Below are positions 29,388 through 38,087 of a stretch of 64,000 bases of DNA, one piece after another. This DNA is from Halioglobus sp. (GTDB lineage: Bacteria; Pseudomonadota; Gammaproteobacteria; Pseudomonadales; Halieaceae), in assembly GCA_041396005.1 (NCBI GenBank), contig JAWKZK010000011.1, positions 67,779 through 131,778 of the forward strand. The letters are read 5' to 3'. The translations under genes were made by a program, and so were the position numbers. The notes beneath the pieces were generated by a model. The model had not been told where the DNA came from. It did not search any database and worked only from the letters and a program-made list of their open reading frames with translations. The stretch's first letter is position 1; the number at the start of each line of letters is the position of its first letter.

Positions 29388-30827
29388 CTACGCCTTCTCA
29401 CCCGCGTGCACCGCGGGCCGCCGGCCGCGCCAGGGCGCCGCGTCTTCCAGTTGCGCAGCCAGGCTCAGCAGCAGGGCATCGTTGCCGTAGGCGGCGCTGA
29501 ACATCATGCCCAGGGGCAGGCCGCTGTCGGTCCAGGCCAGCGGCAGCGAGATGGACGGTTGTCCGGTCTGGTTGTACAGGCCCGTATCGCCCATGAAGCT
29601 GAACAGGCGCTCGCCGTATTCCTCGGGCGGCGCCTCGCCGATGAAGCCGGTGAGTACCGGCGGACTCGACAGGGTAGGCCCCAGGATCACATCGTAGCGC
29701 TGGTGAAACTGCCCGAGCTGGCGGGCGAGCTGGTGGTTGCTGCGCACTGCGCCCAGGTAGTCGGGCGCGCTGATGCCCTCGCCCAGGGCCAGGGTCAGCC
29801 GCGTACCGTCCTCGATGTCGAGTTGCTCAAGCGTCGTGCCCAGCGCCATGGCACGCTCGCGCAGCGTATACAGCGTGTTCACGCAGATCACCGTGAACAT
29901 GGCGGAGGCAGCGGCCTCGCCGTCGAAGTCGGGGCGCGCCTCCTCCACGCTGTGGCCCAGCCCTTCCAGCAGTGCGATGGTGCGCTGGAGCCCCTTCAGT
30001 ACCTCCGGCTGGAATTCACCGGGCCCGAATTTGGAATGGCATACGGCGATGCGCAGTGTTCCGGGCGCCGCGCTCGCGGCGTCCAGGAAGCGGCCGGCGG
30101 GCGGGGGCGCGGTGTAGTAATCGCCGACATCCGGTCCGGCGGTGGCGTCCAGCATGGCCGCGGTGTCGCGCACGCTGCGGCTGACAATATGGCTGGTGGT
30201 TTGCCCGGCCCAGCCCTCGGAGTTTGTCGGACCCATGGGAATACGGCCGCGGCTGGGCTTGAGACCCACCAGAGCGCAGCAGGATGCGGGAATGCGAATC
30301 GAGCCGCCGCCGTCCGACGCGTGCGCCATGGGCACCACGCCCGACGCCACGGCGGCCGCGGCGCCGCCGCTGGAACCGCCCGGTGTTCTGGCGGTGTCCC
30401 ACGGGTTGCAGGTGGGGCCGAACGCCGCCGGTTCCGTGACCGGGTTGAGACCCAGTTCCGGGGAGTTGCTGCGCCCGAAGCACACCAGGCCGGCCTGCCG
30501 GTAGCGCTGTGCCAGCGTGCTGTCACTGTCGCACACGTGGTCGCGCCACGCGCCGCTGCCGTTACTCATCGGTGTGCCGGCCATGGCGATGTCGAGGTTC
30601 TTCAGCAGGAAGGGCACGCCGGCGAATGGACCCTGCGGTACGCCCGTCGCAACGGCTTCGCGCGCCTCGTCGTACCAGGTGTGCACCACCGCGTTGAGGC
30701 GGCCGTTCACCCGCTCGGTGCGCGCGATCGCCTCTTCCAGGAGTTCGCCGGCGCTCACTTCCCCATCGCGTACCAGCGCCGCCAGGCCCAGTCCGTCGTA
30801 CTCGTCGTATTGCGCAAAGCCTGCCAT
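29388..30827 (-). CDS. Amidase (amidase-signature family)
   Basis: GVPFLLKNL, GGSSGG, ASDGGGSIRIPASCC. Start moved to MAGFAQ. Confidence 0.92.
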   Translation of the reverse strand: MAGFAQYDEYDGLGLAALVRDGEVSAGELLEEAIARTERVNGRLNAVVHTWYDEAREAVATGVPQGPFAGVPFLLKNLDIAMAGTPMSNGSGAWRDHVCDSDSTLAQRYRQAGLVCFGRSNSPELGLNPVTEPAAFGPTCNPWDTARTPGGSSGGAAAAVASGVVPMAHASDGGGSIRIPASCCALVGLKPSRGRIPMGPTNSEGWAGQTTSHIVSRSVRDTAAMLDATAGPDVGDYYTAPPPAGRFLDAASAAPGTLRIAVCHSKFGPGEFQPEVLKGLQRTIALLEGLGHSVEEARPDFDGEAAASAMFTVICVNTLYTLRERAMALGTTLEQLDIEDGTRLTLALGEGISAPDYLGAVRSNHQLARQLGQFHQRYDVILGPTLSSPPVLTGFIGEAPPEEYGERLFSFMGDTGLYNQTGQPSISLPLAWTDSGLPLGMMFSAAYGNDALLLSLAAQLEDAAPWRGRRPAVHAGEKA

Positions 30828-30980
30828 GCGTTCGCTCCCTGTGGTTGGCGTGGAGTGGTTCCGCTGTACTGTAACGCTACTTCCGCTATCGCACCAAGGG
30901 TCGTTACCACTGGTGTTTCGGCGGCTGTCTGCTATGTTGGATCGGGCTTGAACACACCCTAACAAGAGGCGGGCAACCCG

Positions 30981-32246
30981 ATGCGACGATTTTTCCTGCT
31001 GGTTCTGTTTTCCCTCACCGCCGCGTGCAGCGGCGCGTCCAAACCGCTGGATGCGCCGCCCATGGCAGACGGCCTCGCGGCCCCGGAGCCGCTGGCTTGG
31101 TGGAGTCGTGCCGCGATCGACGCCTACATCCGTTTTTCGTCCTGGCGCGGGGAGCGCTCGGGCTACATCGTGCTGCTGGCACGCGACGGTGTGCCGGTGT
31201 ACGCCAATGCGGCGGGCTGGAAGAACATTGAAGCGCGCACGCCCATGACCCTGGACACCGAGGTGCGCATCGCTTCAATGACGAAACCGGTCACAGCGGT
31301 GGCGGCCATGCTGCTGGTGGAACAGGGGCTGCTGGGCCTGGACGATCCGGTGGCCGAGTATCTCCCGGCGTTTGCCCGGCTGCGGGTGGCCACCTCGCAA
31401 ACCGCCGGCGCCGACGGCAGTTTCGCTTCGCGGCCTGCCGCCACCCCCATGACGGTCAGGCACCTGTTGATGTTCGCTTCGGGGATCGGGCCCGGCATGG
31501 GCGAGTCCACCGATCTGACGTCGCTCTGGGAGGCCAGGGGTATACACGGTCAGGCCGATGGCGATCTCCGGCAGCGGGTTGATCGCCTGGCCGCGCTGCC
31601 GCTGTTTGAGGAACCGGGAACCCGCTGGCGCTACGGCGCCTCCGCCGATGTGCTGGCCGCCGTCGTGCAGCAGGTGAGCGGGCGCAATATCGGCGACTTC
31701 ATGCAGGAGCGAATCTTCGAGCCGCTCGGCATGGCGCATACCCGCTTCGAGCCGCCCGTCGCGGAGCGCGGGAACATGGCGACTGTGTACCGGCAGGACA
31801 GCAACGGCGATCTCGTGGAGGCCGATATTCACTACGCGCCTGACTGGCAGCCCGGTGGCGGCGGCCTGGTGTCCACCGTATCGGACTACATGCGCTTTGC
31901 GCTGATGCTGTACAACGGCGGCGAGTATCGTGGCGTGCGCATCCTGCAGCAGGCCACGGTCGACGAGATGCGGCGTGTGCATGTGCCCGAGGGCGTGCTG
32001 GCCGAACAGGGGATTGCCGGCGTCGGCTGGGGCCTTGGTATGGCGGTGGTCAGCAACGCCGAGGCGTCACGAACGCCCGATCGCAACGGGGATTTCTGGT
32101 GGTCGGGGTTCTACGGTACGCAGTTTTTCGTCAGCCCCGAAACCGGCCTGGTGGGCGTCATCATGACGCAGAACAAGCCCGGTGAGTTCTCCGGCATCAA
32201 CTACCAGCCCTACATTGTGCAGGGGCTGGCACTGGCCGGTTTGTGA
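30981..32246 (+). CDS. Serine hydrolase (beta-lactamase family) lipoprotein
   Basis: Lipobox TAAC; IASMTKP; WRYG; GGGGLVST; WWSGFYGT. Confidence 0.9.
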   Translation: MRRFFLLVLFSLTAACSGASKPLDAPPMADGLAAPEPLAWWSRAAIDAYIRFSSWRGERSGYIVLLARDGVPVYANAAGWKNIEARTPMTLDTEVRIASMTKPVTAVAAMLLVEQGLLGLDDPVAEYLPAFARLRVATSQTAGADGSFASRPAATPMTVRHLLMFASGIGPGMGESTDLTSLWEARGIHGQADGDLRQRVDRLAALPLFEEPGTRWRYGASADVLAAVVQQVSGRNIGDFMQERIFEPLGMAHTRFEPPVAERGNMATVYRQDSNGDLVEADIHYAPDWQPGGGGLVSTVSDYMRFALMLYNGGEYRGVRILQQATVDEMRRVHVPEGVLAEQGIAGVGWGLGMAVVSNAEASRTPDRNGDFWWSGFYGTQFFVSPETGLVGVIMTQNKPGEFSGINYQPYIVQGLALAGL

Positions 32247-32297
32247 GCCGGTTATTCCAGGCAGGACTCAGCCACATCGAACCGGTGGCTGGCGCGC

Positions 32298-33209
32298 TCA
32301 GCCGGGCGCATGGGTTGTTTCAGCGAGTGTATCCAGGTAGCGCCTGATGGCGCGCCATGCTGCCTGCGCTTCCGGCACGCCGGCGTTGACCAGCCCGTGC
32401 CAGCCGTGAATGGCGCCCGGCCAACTCTCCAGGGTCACATCGACGCCCGCGCGGATGGCGTTGCAGCCAAGCGTCAGCGCTCCCTCGCGCATTGTATCGT
32501 GCTCGCCAATCTGCAGATACAGTGGCGGCAGACCGCTTGGGTCGGCATAGGCCGCAGACACCTGCGGCGCATCCAGTGGCAGGGCGCCTGCGAGGTAGTC
32601 GGTGGCTCGATTGCGAACCCACTGTGGGGTAAGGAACGGGTCGGGTCCTGCAGACCCGCTGTCTGCTACCGCCAGGTCGAACCAGCCGGTGAGTGAAACA
32701 AACGCCGCAGGCATCGGAGAGCCCGCATCGCGCAATCGTTGCAACAGGCCCATGGCCAGGCTGCCGCCGCAGGATTCACCGAACAGCACGCAGCGAGCCG
32801 GATCCACGCCACTGTGCAGCAGCCCGCGCCAGGCGTTGTAGCAGTCGTCGTGCGCGGCCGGATAGGGATGTTCCGGCGCCAGGCGGTAATCCGGCATCAC
32901 GACTCGACAGCCCGTCTGCTCGGCAATGATACCGGCATAGAAGTGGTACTCGTCGACTGGCGTGGAGACGAACGCGCCGCCGTGGCAGTGGAAGGCCATC
33001 CACCGTTCGTCGCTGCCGGCGAGTGCGTACACGCCGCAGCGCACGCCGCCAAAGTGCCGGATCTGCACATCGAGGTGCTCGCTAACCGGTTGGCCGTGAA
33101 AGGGCGCGAACATTTTCCGCACAGCCCGGTAGTCGGCAGCCGGGTCTGCGAAGTTCCCGGGGATGGTGCTGATCAGCGCCCGTAGTGCATCGCTTGCGTG
33201 TGTTGTCAT
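32298..33209 (-). CDS. Alpha/beta hydrolase, HSL-family esterase
   Basis: HGGAF, DYRLAPEHPYPA, GESCGG, GAIHGW. Start moved to MTTHAS. Confidence 0.9.
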   Translation of the reverse strand: MTTHASDALRALISTIPGNFADPAADYRAVRKMFAPFHGQPVSEHLDVQIRHFGGVRCGVYALAGSDERWMAFHCHGGAFVSTPVDEYHFYAGIIAEQTGCRVVMPDYRLAPEHPYPAAHDDCYNAWRGLLHSGVDPARCVLFGESCGGSLAMGLLQRLRDAGSPMPAAFVSLTGWFDLAVADSGSAGPDPFLTPQWVRNRATDYLAGALPLDAPQVSAAYADPSGLPPLYLQIGEHDTMREGALTLGCNAIRAGVDVTLESWPGAIHGWHGLVNAGVPEAQAAWRAIRRYLDTLAETTHAPG

Positions 33210-33361
33210 ATCTACTCCGCACAGGTGTGGCCCGCAGTATACGCGTGCATGCGCGTAGCCCGTGCCGGTTGGTAGCACCGGCGTCTTCGGCTATATTGGC
33301 GCGTGGGCCGCACGACGTGCTGCCCGAACAGGCGATTTTCTATGACGGATGGATATTCCCG

Positions 33362-34012
33362 ATGACGGAGCACGGCGGTACTTTTTTGCGTGAGCTGAGA
33401 CGCCGCAAGGTCCTGCGCAGTTGTCTGTACTACGTTGCTGCCTGCGCTGTCGCGCTGTTCGTGGCGGGCGAATTCGTTTTTCCGGGCATGCAGCGCAACA
33501 TGGAACCCGTGTTTAGCGCGATGTTGTACTCATCCATCCTGGGGCTGCCGCTGGTGGCGATCCTGGCATGGTACCTGCAGGTCACGCCCCGCGGCATCGT
33601 GCGCACGACCTCGTTCGTGGAGCGTCGCGTGCTGCGTAACATGGCGCCCATCAACGATCAACGTCATCAGGGCGACCCCGCTGCCGATGAGCGCCGCGCG
33701 CAACCGGGCGACTATCGCTGGATCGTGGCCGCCGAGACAGGCCCGCTGGCGGGTTTGCAGTACGGAATCACACAGCCCGTTGAACTGGGCCGCTCGCTGG
33801 AATGCGACATCGCGATTGTGAGCCAGCATGTCGCCCCACGCCACGCCCGCCTCGCGGTGCAGGACAACCAGTTGCTGGTAGAAGATCTCGGTTCTGGTTC
33901 CGGCACCTTTGTGAACGGCAGGGTGATCGAGGGGCGACACGTGCTCGTCGCCGGCGACGAATTGCGCCTGTATGACGTGATATTCCGCGTGTCCGAAAAG
34001 GCTACTGCGTAA
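33362..34012 (+). CDS. Membrane-anchored FHA-domain protein
   Basis: LRELRRRKV followed by two TM helices; C-terminal LGRSLECDI..VAPRHARL..DLGSGSGTFVNG. Confidence 0.85.
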   Translation: MTEHGGTFLRELRRRKVLRSCLYYVAACAVALFVAGEFVFPGMQRNMEPVFSAMLYSSILGLPLVAILAWYLQVTPRGIVRTTSFVERRVLRNMAPINDQRHQGDPAADERRAQPGDYRWIVAAETGPLAGLQYGITQPVELGRSLECDIAIVSQHVAPRHARLAVQDNQLLVEDLGSGSGTFVNGRVIEGRHVLVAGDELRLYDVIFRVSEKATA

Positions 34013-34118
34013 AAAAACGCCTCCGCCCGACCCCCCAGGACGTTGCCGCCCCTAAAACCGCGTCTCCCGCAAGGCCGTGTCGCCTGGGGGGCGGCCCGAC
34101 AAAGTGTGAACTGGTTCA

Positions 34119-34135
34119 TGTCGGCGATTTTTACA
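34119..34135 (+). promoter_or_regulatory. Candidate enhancer (bEBP, possibly PrsR) site
   Basis: TGT-N11-ACA (TGTCGGCGATTTTTACA) about 80 bp upstream of a sigma-54 promoter. Confidence 0.5.
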
Positions 34136-34210
34136 GAATCACGCTCCAGGGCCGGGTATTAACTAGGCCGCCTAAAGGAAAACTCAAGTAAATCAATATG
34201 ATAAGAACTT

Positions 34211-34226
34211 TGGATCGATAATTGCT
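34211..34226 (+). promoter_or_regulatory. Sigma-54 (-24/-12) promoter of the PEP-CTERM gene
   Basis: TGGATCGATAATTGCT, which has the GG-N10-GC spacing. Confidence 0.7.
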
Positions 34227-34307
34227 TTCCTTCAGAGCCTGAGAGAAAAAACAGCAACGCGCAGTAGCCACCCGGGTGGTGCTGCATTCGAGAGACAAGG
34301 AAGGGGT

Positions 34308-35129
34308 ATGACAATCAAAGTATGGAAAGCGGCCTGTATGGCCGTGATCGGTAGCGTCGCCGCGCTGCACGCAGCGCCTGGCCTGGCCGCCATCCAGACC
34401 CAAACCTGGGATTTCAGCAATTCCAGCCAGAGTTTTTCCGGTACGGGATTTGGCAACTCGCTGAACCTGACCTCCTCCGATGGTGTTAACCTGACGATCA
34501 CCGGCTGGTCCGATACCAATGATGTCAGCGGCCCTGACAGAATCGAGACGGCGAAGCTGATCTGGGCGCAGAACAGTGCGCTGGGCATCCAGAACCGCGA
34601 CGAGGACACCAATTCCCCGAACCACTCTATCGACAGCATCACCTCCGATGCCGATGGCGAGTTTGACATGCTGCTGCTGCAGTTCGACACGGCCGTTCGC
34701 CTGACCGGCATCGACCTGAACTGGGCTGTGGGCGGTAATGCTGCCAACCGCGCCGATGTGTCCATTCTGGCCTATGACGGCAGCGGCTCCACGTCGCTTG
34801 GCGGCAGCACCTGGGCCAACGTGCTGTCCAGCAACGGTGGCAACTACGATTCCGTAGGCAATTATGCCAACGTGGGTCTGAGCTACTACGCAGTGAATCC
34901 TGCCCAGGTGGAATCCACCACCTGGCTGGTAGGTGTATACAACCCGGTATTCGGTAGCGGCGGTGACGCCGGCGACGATGGCTTCAAGCTCGGCCTCATC
35001 ACCACCGAAACTGATGATCCCCAGGATGATCCGCCCGGCGAAGTGCCGGTGCCCGGCAGCGTTCCCCTGATGCTGCTTGGTTTGGTGCTTCTGCGCCGTC
35101 GGATCTCCGCCCTCGGAGGGAAGGCCTAG
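34308..35129 (+). CDS. PEP-CTERM exosortase-dependent surface protein (XDP1-like)
   Basis: Signal peptide; S/G/N/D-rich body; LGIQNRDED..SPNHSID; tail VPVPGSVPLMLLGLVLLRRR. Confidence 0.88.
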   Translation: MTIKVWKAACMAVIGSVAALHAAPGLAAIQTQTWDFSNSSQSFSGTGFGNSLNLTSSDGVNLTITGWSDTNDVSGPDRIETAKLIWAQNSALGIQNRDEDTNSPNHSIDSITSDADGEFDMLLLQFDTAVRLTGIDLNWAVGGNAANRADVSILAYDGSGSTSLGGSTWANVLSSNGGNYDSVGNYANVGLSYYAVNPAQVESTTWLVGVYNPVFGSGGDAGDDGFKLGLITTETDDPQDDPPGEVPVPGSVPLMLLGLVLLRRRISALGGKA

Positions 35130-35156
35130 CCCCGGGTCTTTCCTCCACCCCTATTC

Positions 35157-35190
35157 AAAAAGCGGAATTTGCAAATTCCGCTTTTTTTTT
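35157..35190 (+). terminator. Rho-independent terminator, perfect palindrome
   Basis: AAAAAGCGGAATTTGCAAATTCCGCTTTTT followed by further T residues. Confidence 0.85.
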
Positions 35191-35249
35191 GCCTGCGTTA
35201 CCATCGCGTGTCACCGTGGGCCACGCCCGGATTCCGGAGGATTGAAGCC

Positions 35250-38063
35250 TTGAACAGGACGATGAGCTGCTTGCTGGCCCTGCTGTTGGTTTGCAGCGCT
35301 GGGGCGTTTGCCCAGTCGGAAGGCGCGTATTACGAGCAGGGGGTACAGGCTTACGCCGAAGGCGAATACGCGGAAGCCTACATTCACCTGAAAAACGCGC
35401 TGCAGGCAGACCCCAATATGGTGTCGGCTCGTTTGCTGCTGGCGAAAGTGCATTTCAATGCAGGCAATGTGCACGGCGCTGCCAAGGAATCCGAGGAGGC
35501 ATTGCTGCTGGGAGCGGATATCAATCTGGTTCTGCCGGTTTACGGTCCGGCACTGATCGTGCTCAGGCAGACCGACAAGTTGTTCGAACTGGAGAAAGTG
35601 GCGGACGAGTTCACGCCGGAAACGCAGTTTGAGTGGGCTTTGCTGAAAGGGCAGGGTTACCTGCAGCGCTCGGAGCCGGATCTTGCCCGACGTGAATTCG
35701 AACGCGCGGCCGAGAAGTTCCCCAACGATGTGCGCTCCAATAATACGCTGGCGGCGTTGTACATTGATAACGGCATGCTGGAAGAGGCCGCGGGCCTGCT
35801 GGAAAAATCCCTGCTGCTGGACGCGAACAATGTCAAAACGCTGGAACTGTCGGCGGAACTGGCGATTGCCGAGGAACACTACGATAAGGCCCTGCGCCTG
35901 CTCAATGCTGCCTATGAACAGGACAGCGCAGACCTGCGTGTGTTGCGCAGCCTGGCGCGGGTACATTTGCTGCAGGGCAACGAGCAGGAGATGGAGCGGT
36001 ACCTCGAACTGATTCTGGAGCAGTCGCCGGATGATCCGGCAGCCACCCTGTTGATCGCGATCACCTCTATTGACCGGGGCGACACCGAAATAGGCGATGC
36101 CATGCTCAGCGAGCTGAGCCAGAAGCTGTCGCGGGTGGACGCGCTGCGCCTGCAGACCACCGATGGCATGCTGTTCATCCAGGCTGCGTCCGATTATGTG
36201 CGCGGCAGTGATCGCAGCGCGATCGACCTGTTCAACACCTATCTGGCGCGTAACCCCTCCGATCTTGCGGCCATCAGCATGCTGGTGGATCTCTACCTGC
36301 GCAATGGCGAAAGCCGTCGCGCCAACACCCTCTTGAGCGACTCACGCGAATTTATTACCAACGATCTTGCGCTGTCGCTGCAGCTTCTGCACCTGTATAT
36401 CCAGAACGGCAGCGTGCTGAACGCCCGGGAGTTGCTGGAGGACCTGCGCAAGAGCACTGACGATAATCCTTTCGTAACGATTCTCGAGGCGGAACTGGAG
36501 CGCAGTCAGGGCAGGCCCGCCGAGGCGCTCGCCGTGCTGGATTCGCGTGACTTTGCCGACGATCCGCCGCTCTCCGCCGGGCTGCTGCGCGGCGCATTGC
36601 TGCTGGATCTCGGGCGCCTGGAGGAAGCGCGCGAGGTGGCGTCCGGGCTGCAGCTTAGCGCTGCCGACGAACTGCGGGTGCAGAACTTTGCAGCCATTGT
36701 CTACCTGCGCAGCGGGCGCCTGAAGGATGCGGAGCGCGCTGTGAATGCCGCTCTCAAGCTGTCGCCGAGCGACCAGGAAGCGCGCTTCAGCCAGGCCATG
36801 CTGCTCAAGCAGCGTGGCAAGCGCGAAGAAGCGGCGCGCCTGTTGAACGAAATACTGGAAGATCGTCCCAGTCACACCAAGTCGATTCTGTTGATGGCGC
36901 AGATCCTCTTTGAACAGGGACGCTCGGAAGAGGCCATCGACTGGAGCAAAAAAGTCTATGTGTATGACAAAACATCGACCCTGCCCGACGAATTCCAGGT
37001 GGGCGTTTATGCGCAGCAGGGAGATTGGGAAGAGGCGCTTACAGCCTTCCTTGCGCTGAGCAAAGCGGACCCGTTAAGCGATGTGTACCTGGTGCAACTG
37101 GCGGAAATCTATCTGCGTCTGGGCGATCTCGAAGTGGCACAGCGGCCGCTGCGCAGGCTGTTCGTGCTGTGGAAGGACGACCCGGCCAAATTGCGCAGGT
37201 TGGCAGACCTGCAGATCGCCGCGCAGAACCCTGCCGAGGCGCGCCTCACGCTCGAAGCCGCGTTGAAGCTGGAGCCTGAATCCCTCGACTCCCGCCTGTC
37301 ACTGGTGCGCCTGGACATTGCACAGGAGCGCTACGCGGCGGCGGAAGACCGTCTCGACGCGCTGTTCGAGTTGATTGGCGACAACGCCGAGGTTGCGCTG
37401 TTGTACGGCGAGGTGGCGCTGGCCGAAGGCGAGCGCGAAACCGCGCGTGCCCACTACCTGCAGGCGCTGGCGCTGGATCCGAAGCAGTCGCAGGCCGTGT
37501 TGCGCCTGTATGACCTCAGCCTGCAGGGCGTTGGCGGCGAGGAGTTTACCGCCACGCTTGAGAAAATCCTGCAGCAGGCATCGCTGCCGCCGTGGCAGGT
37601 GCGCCTGCTGGCGGACAGTTACCTGGTGCAGGGTAGATCGGACCGCGCCCAACGCTACTACGAGACGCTCCTGGAACACCCGGACTACGGTACGGATACC
37701 GGCGTGCTGAACAATCTGGCGAATATCTATGCCGAGGACGATCTGGACAAGGCACTGGCAACCGCGATGCGTGCGGTGGAAAGCGGCGGCGAAAAGAGCT
37801 ACGCCCTGCTGGACACCATCGGCTGGATACTCACCCGCCAGGGCAAGGAAGCGGACGCGTTGCCCTACCTGCGCAAGGCCTACAGTATCAACTCGCGTGA
37901 CCCGGAGGTTCGCTACCACACGGCGGTGGCATTGCTGGGCCTGAAGCGCGAGGCGGAGGCGTTGACCGAGTTGCGCGCCGCGCTGGCGGGCGATGCAGAG
38001 TTTGCTGGTCGTGCGGACGCGCAAACGTTGCTGGATTCACTGACCGACGACCCCGTGCCCTAG
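35250..38063 (+). CDS. prsT: PEP-CTERM system TPR-repeat protein (PrsT-like)
   Basis: Signal peptide; AYIHLKNALQ...ARLLLAK..GN; many TPRs; ending LNNLA...LDTIGWIL...PEVRYH; adjacent to a PEP-CTERM gene. Start at TTG 35250 or ATG 35262. Confidence 0.8.
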   Translation: MNRTMSCLLALLLVCSAGAFAQSEGAYYEQGVQAYAEGEYAEAYIHLKNALQADPNMVSARLLLAKVHFNAGNVHGAAKESEEALLLGADINLVLPVYGPALIVLRQTDKLFELEKVADEFTPETQFEWALLKGQGYLQRSEPDLARREFERAAEKFPNDVRSNNTLAALYIDNGMLEEAAGLLEKSLLLDANNVKTLELSAELAIAEEHYDKALRLLNAAYEQDSADLRVLRSLARVHLLQGNEQEMERYLELILEQSPDDPAATLLIAITSIDRGDTEIGDAMLSELSQKLSRVDALRLQTTDGMLFIQAASDYVRGSDRSAIDLFNTYLARNPSDLAAISMLVDLYLRNGESRRANTLLSDSREFITNDLALSLQLLHLYIQNGSVLNARELLEDLRKSTDDNPFVTILEAELERSQGRPAEALAVLDSRDFADDPPLSAGLLRGALLLDLGRLEEAREVASGLQLSAADELRVQNFAAIVYLRSGRLKDAERAVNAALKLSPSDQEARFSQAMLLKQRGKREEAARLLNEILEDRPSHTKSILLMAQILFEQGRSEEAIDWSKKVYVYDKTSTLPDEFQVGVYAQQGDWEEALTAFLALSKADPLSDVYLVQLAEIYLRLGDLEVAQRPLRRLFVLWKDDPAKLRRLADLQIAAQNPAEARLTLEAALKLEPESLDSRLSLVRLDIAQERYAAAEDRLDALFELIGDNAEVALLYGEVALAEGERETARAHYLQALALDPKQSQAVLRLYDLSLQGVGGEEFTATLEKILQQASLPPWQVRLLADSYLVQGRSDRAQRYYETLLEHPDYGTDTGVLNNLANIYAEDDLDKALATAMRAVESGGEKSYALLDTIGWILTRQGKEADALPYLRKAYSINSRDPEVRYHTAVALLGLKREAEALTELRAALAGDAEFAGRADAQTLLDSLTDDPVP

Positions 38064-38087
38064 CGCGGCACCCGGGCGAGCGGCGCG

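Noticed and set aside
34028-34095. MITE or REP element after the FHA gene (CCCCCCAGG / CCTGGGGGG inverted repeat)
   Set aside because: Single occurrence in the window, only 9-bp arms and no target-site duplication.
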